Part shown: one piece after another, positions 63,666 through 64,000 of the stretch
How positions within the stretch are numbered: position 1 is the stretch's first letter
Layout: each line of letters opens with the position of its first letter
Position numbers and translations under genes: made by a program
The notes under the pieces: generated by a model
Told to the model about the DNA's origin: nothing
Databases searched by the model: none
What the model saw: only the letters and a program-made list of their open reading frames with translations
Assembly: GCA_951406725.2 (NCBI GenBank)
Contig: OX597826.1
Location: 64,294,001 to 64,358,000, forward strand
DNA length: 64,000 nt
Reading direction: 5' to 3'
Source of the DNA: Octopus vulgaris
Lineage: Eukaryota

Positions 63666-64000
63666 TCATAAATATAGAATGCAATAAAAGAAACTAAAAC
63701 TCAAGAAAAAGATTTTGAAAAGAAAAAAAATTTTTCCAATGATTTTGGGAAAAATTAATAGACCTGTAGTGACCAAAACATATATTTTGGAAAGGAACAT
63801 AAGAAAAGAAATGGAGAGAGAAAAGCTAAAGAGAAAAGAAACTGAAAGAGGAAGAGGAAAGAGAGAAAGAGAGAGAGAAAGCAAATAACTTCAAGAATTT
63901 AAAGCTAATTTTCTTTATAATTTGGATTTACTTGGTTTTGATCATCTTAGACAAATAAATAAAATGTGTTGGTTGTTTTTGCTTATTTTTTGGTCTTATA

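Overview
AT-rich, repeat-dense animal genomic DNA. The SINE/RTE repeat families and microsatellite load look like an octopus (coleoid cephalopod) genome, which is an inference. The window is dominated by one minus-strand gene, a delta-type phosphoinositide phospholipase C. I reconstructed 14 phase-consistent coding exons (59420 down to stop at 7569; 1585 nt, about 527 aa) covering the late EF-hand region, X box, acidic X-Y linker, Y box and C2 domain, with all catalytic residues intact, plus a probable non-coding last exon (about 5630-6036). The PH domain and early EF-hand exons appear to lie beyond the window end. Most ORF-track entries are repeat noise. The introns hold RTE and CR1-like LINE ends, several tRNA-derived SINE families, two Helitron derivatives with recognisable ends, mariner, Tigger, hAT and piggyBac derivatives, and several foldbacks. 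The least explained material sits in the 28 kb intron (16855-45211): a decayed antisense ubiquitin-specific-protease (peptidase C19) gene, further spliced coding-like fragments, and exon-like islands that could form an alternative PLC start. The PLC stop codon also sits 3 nt before an intron and is followed in frame by 52 open codons.
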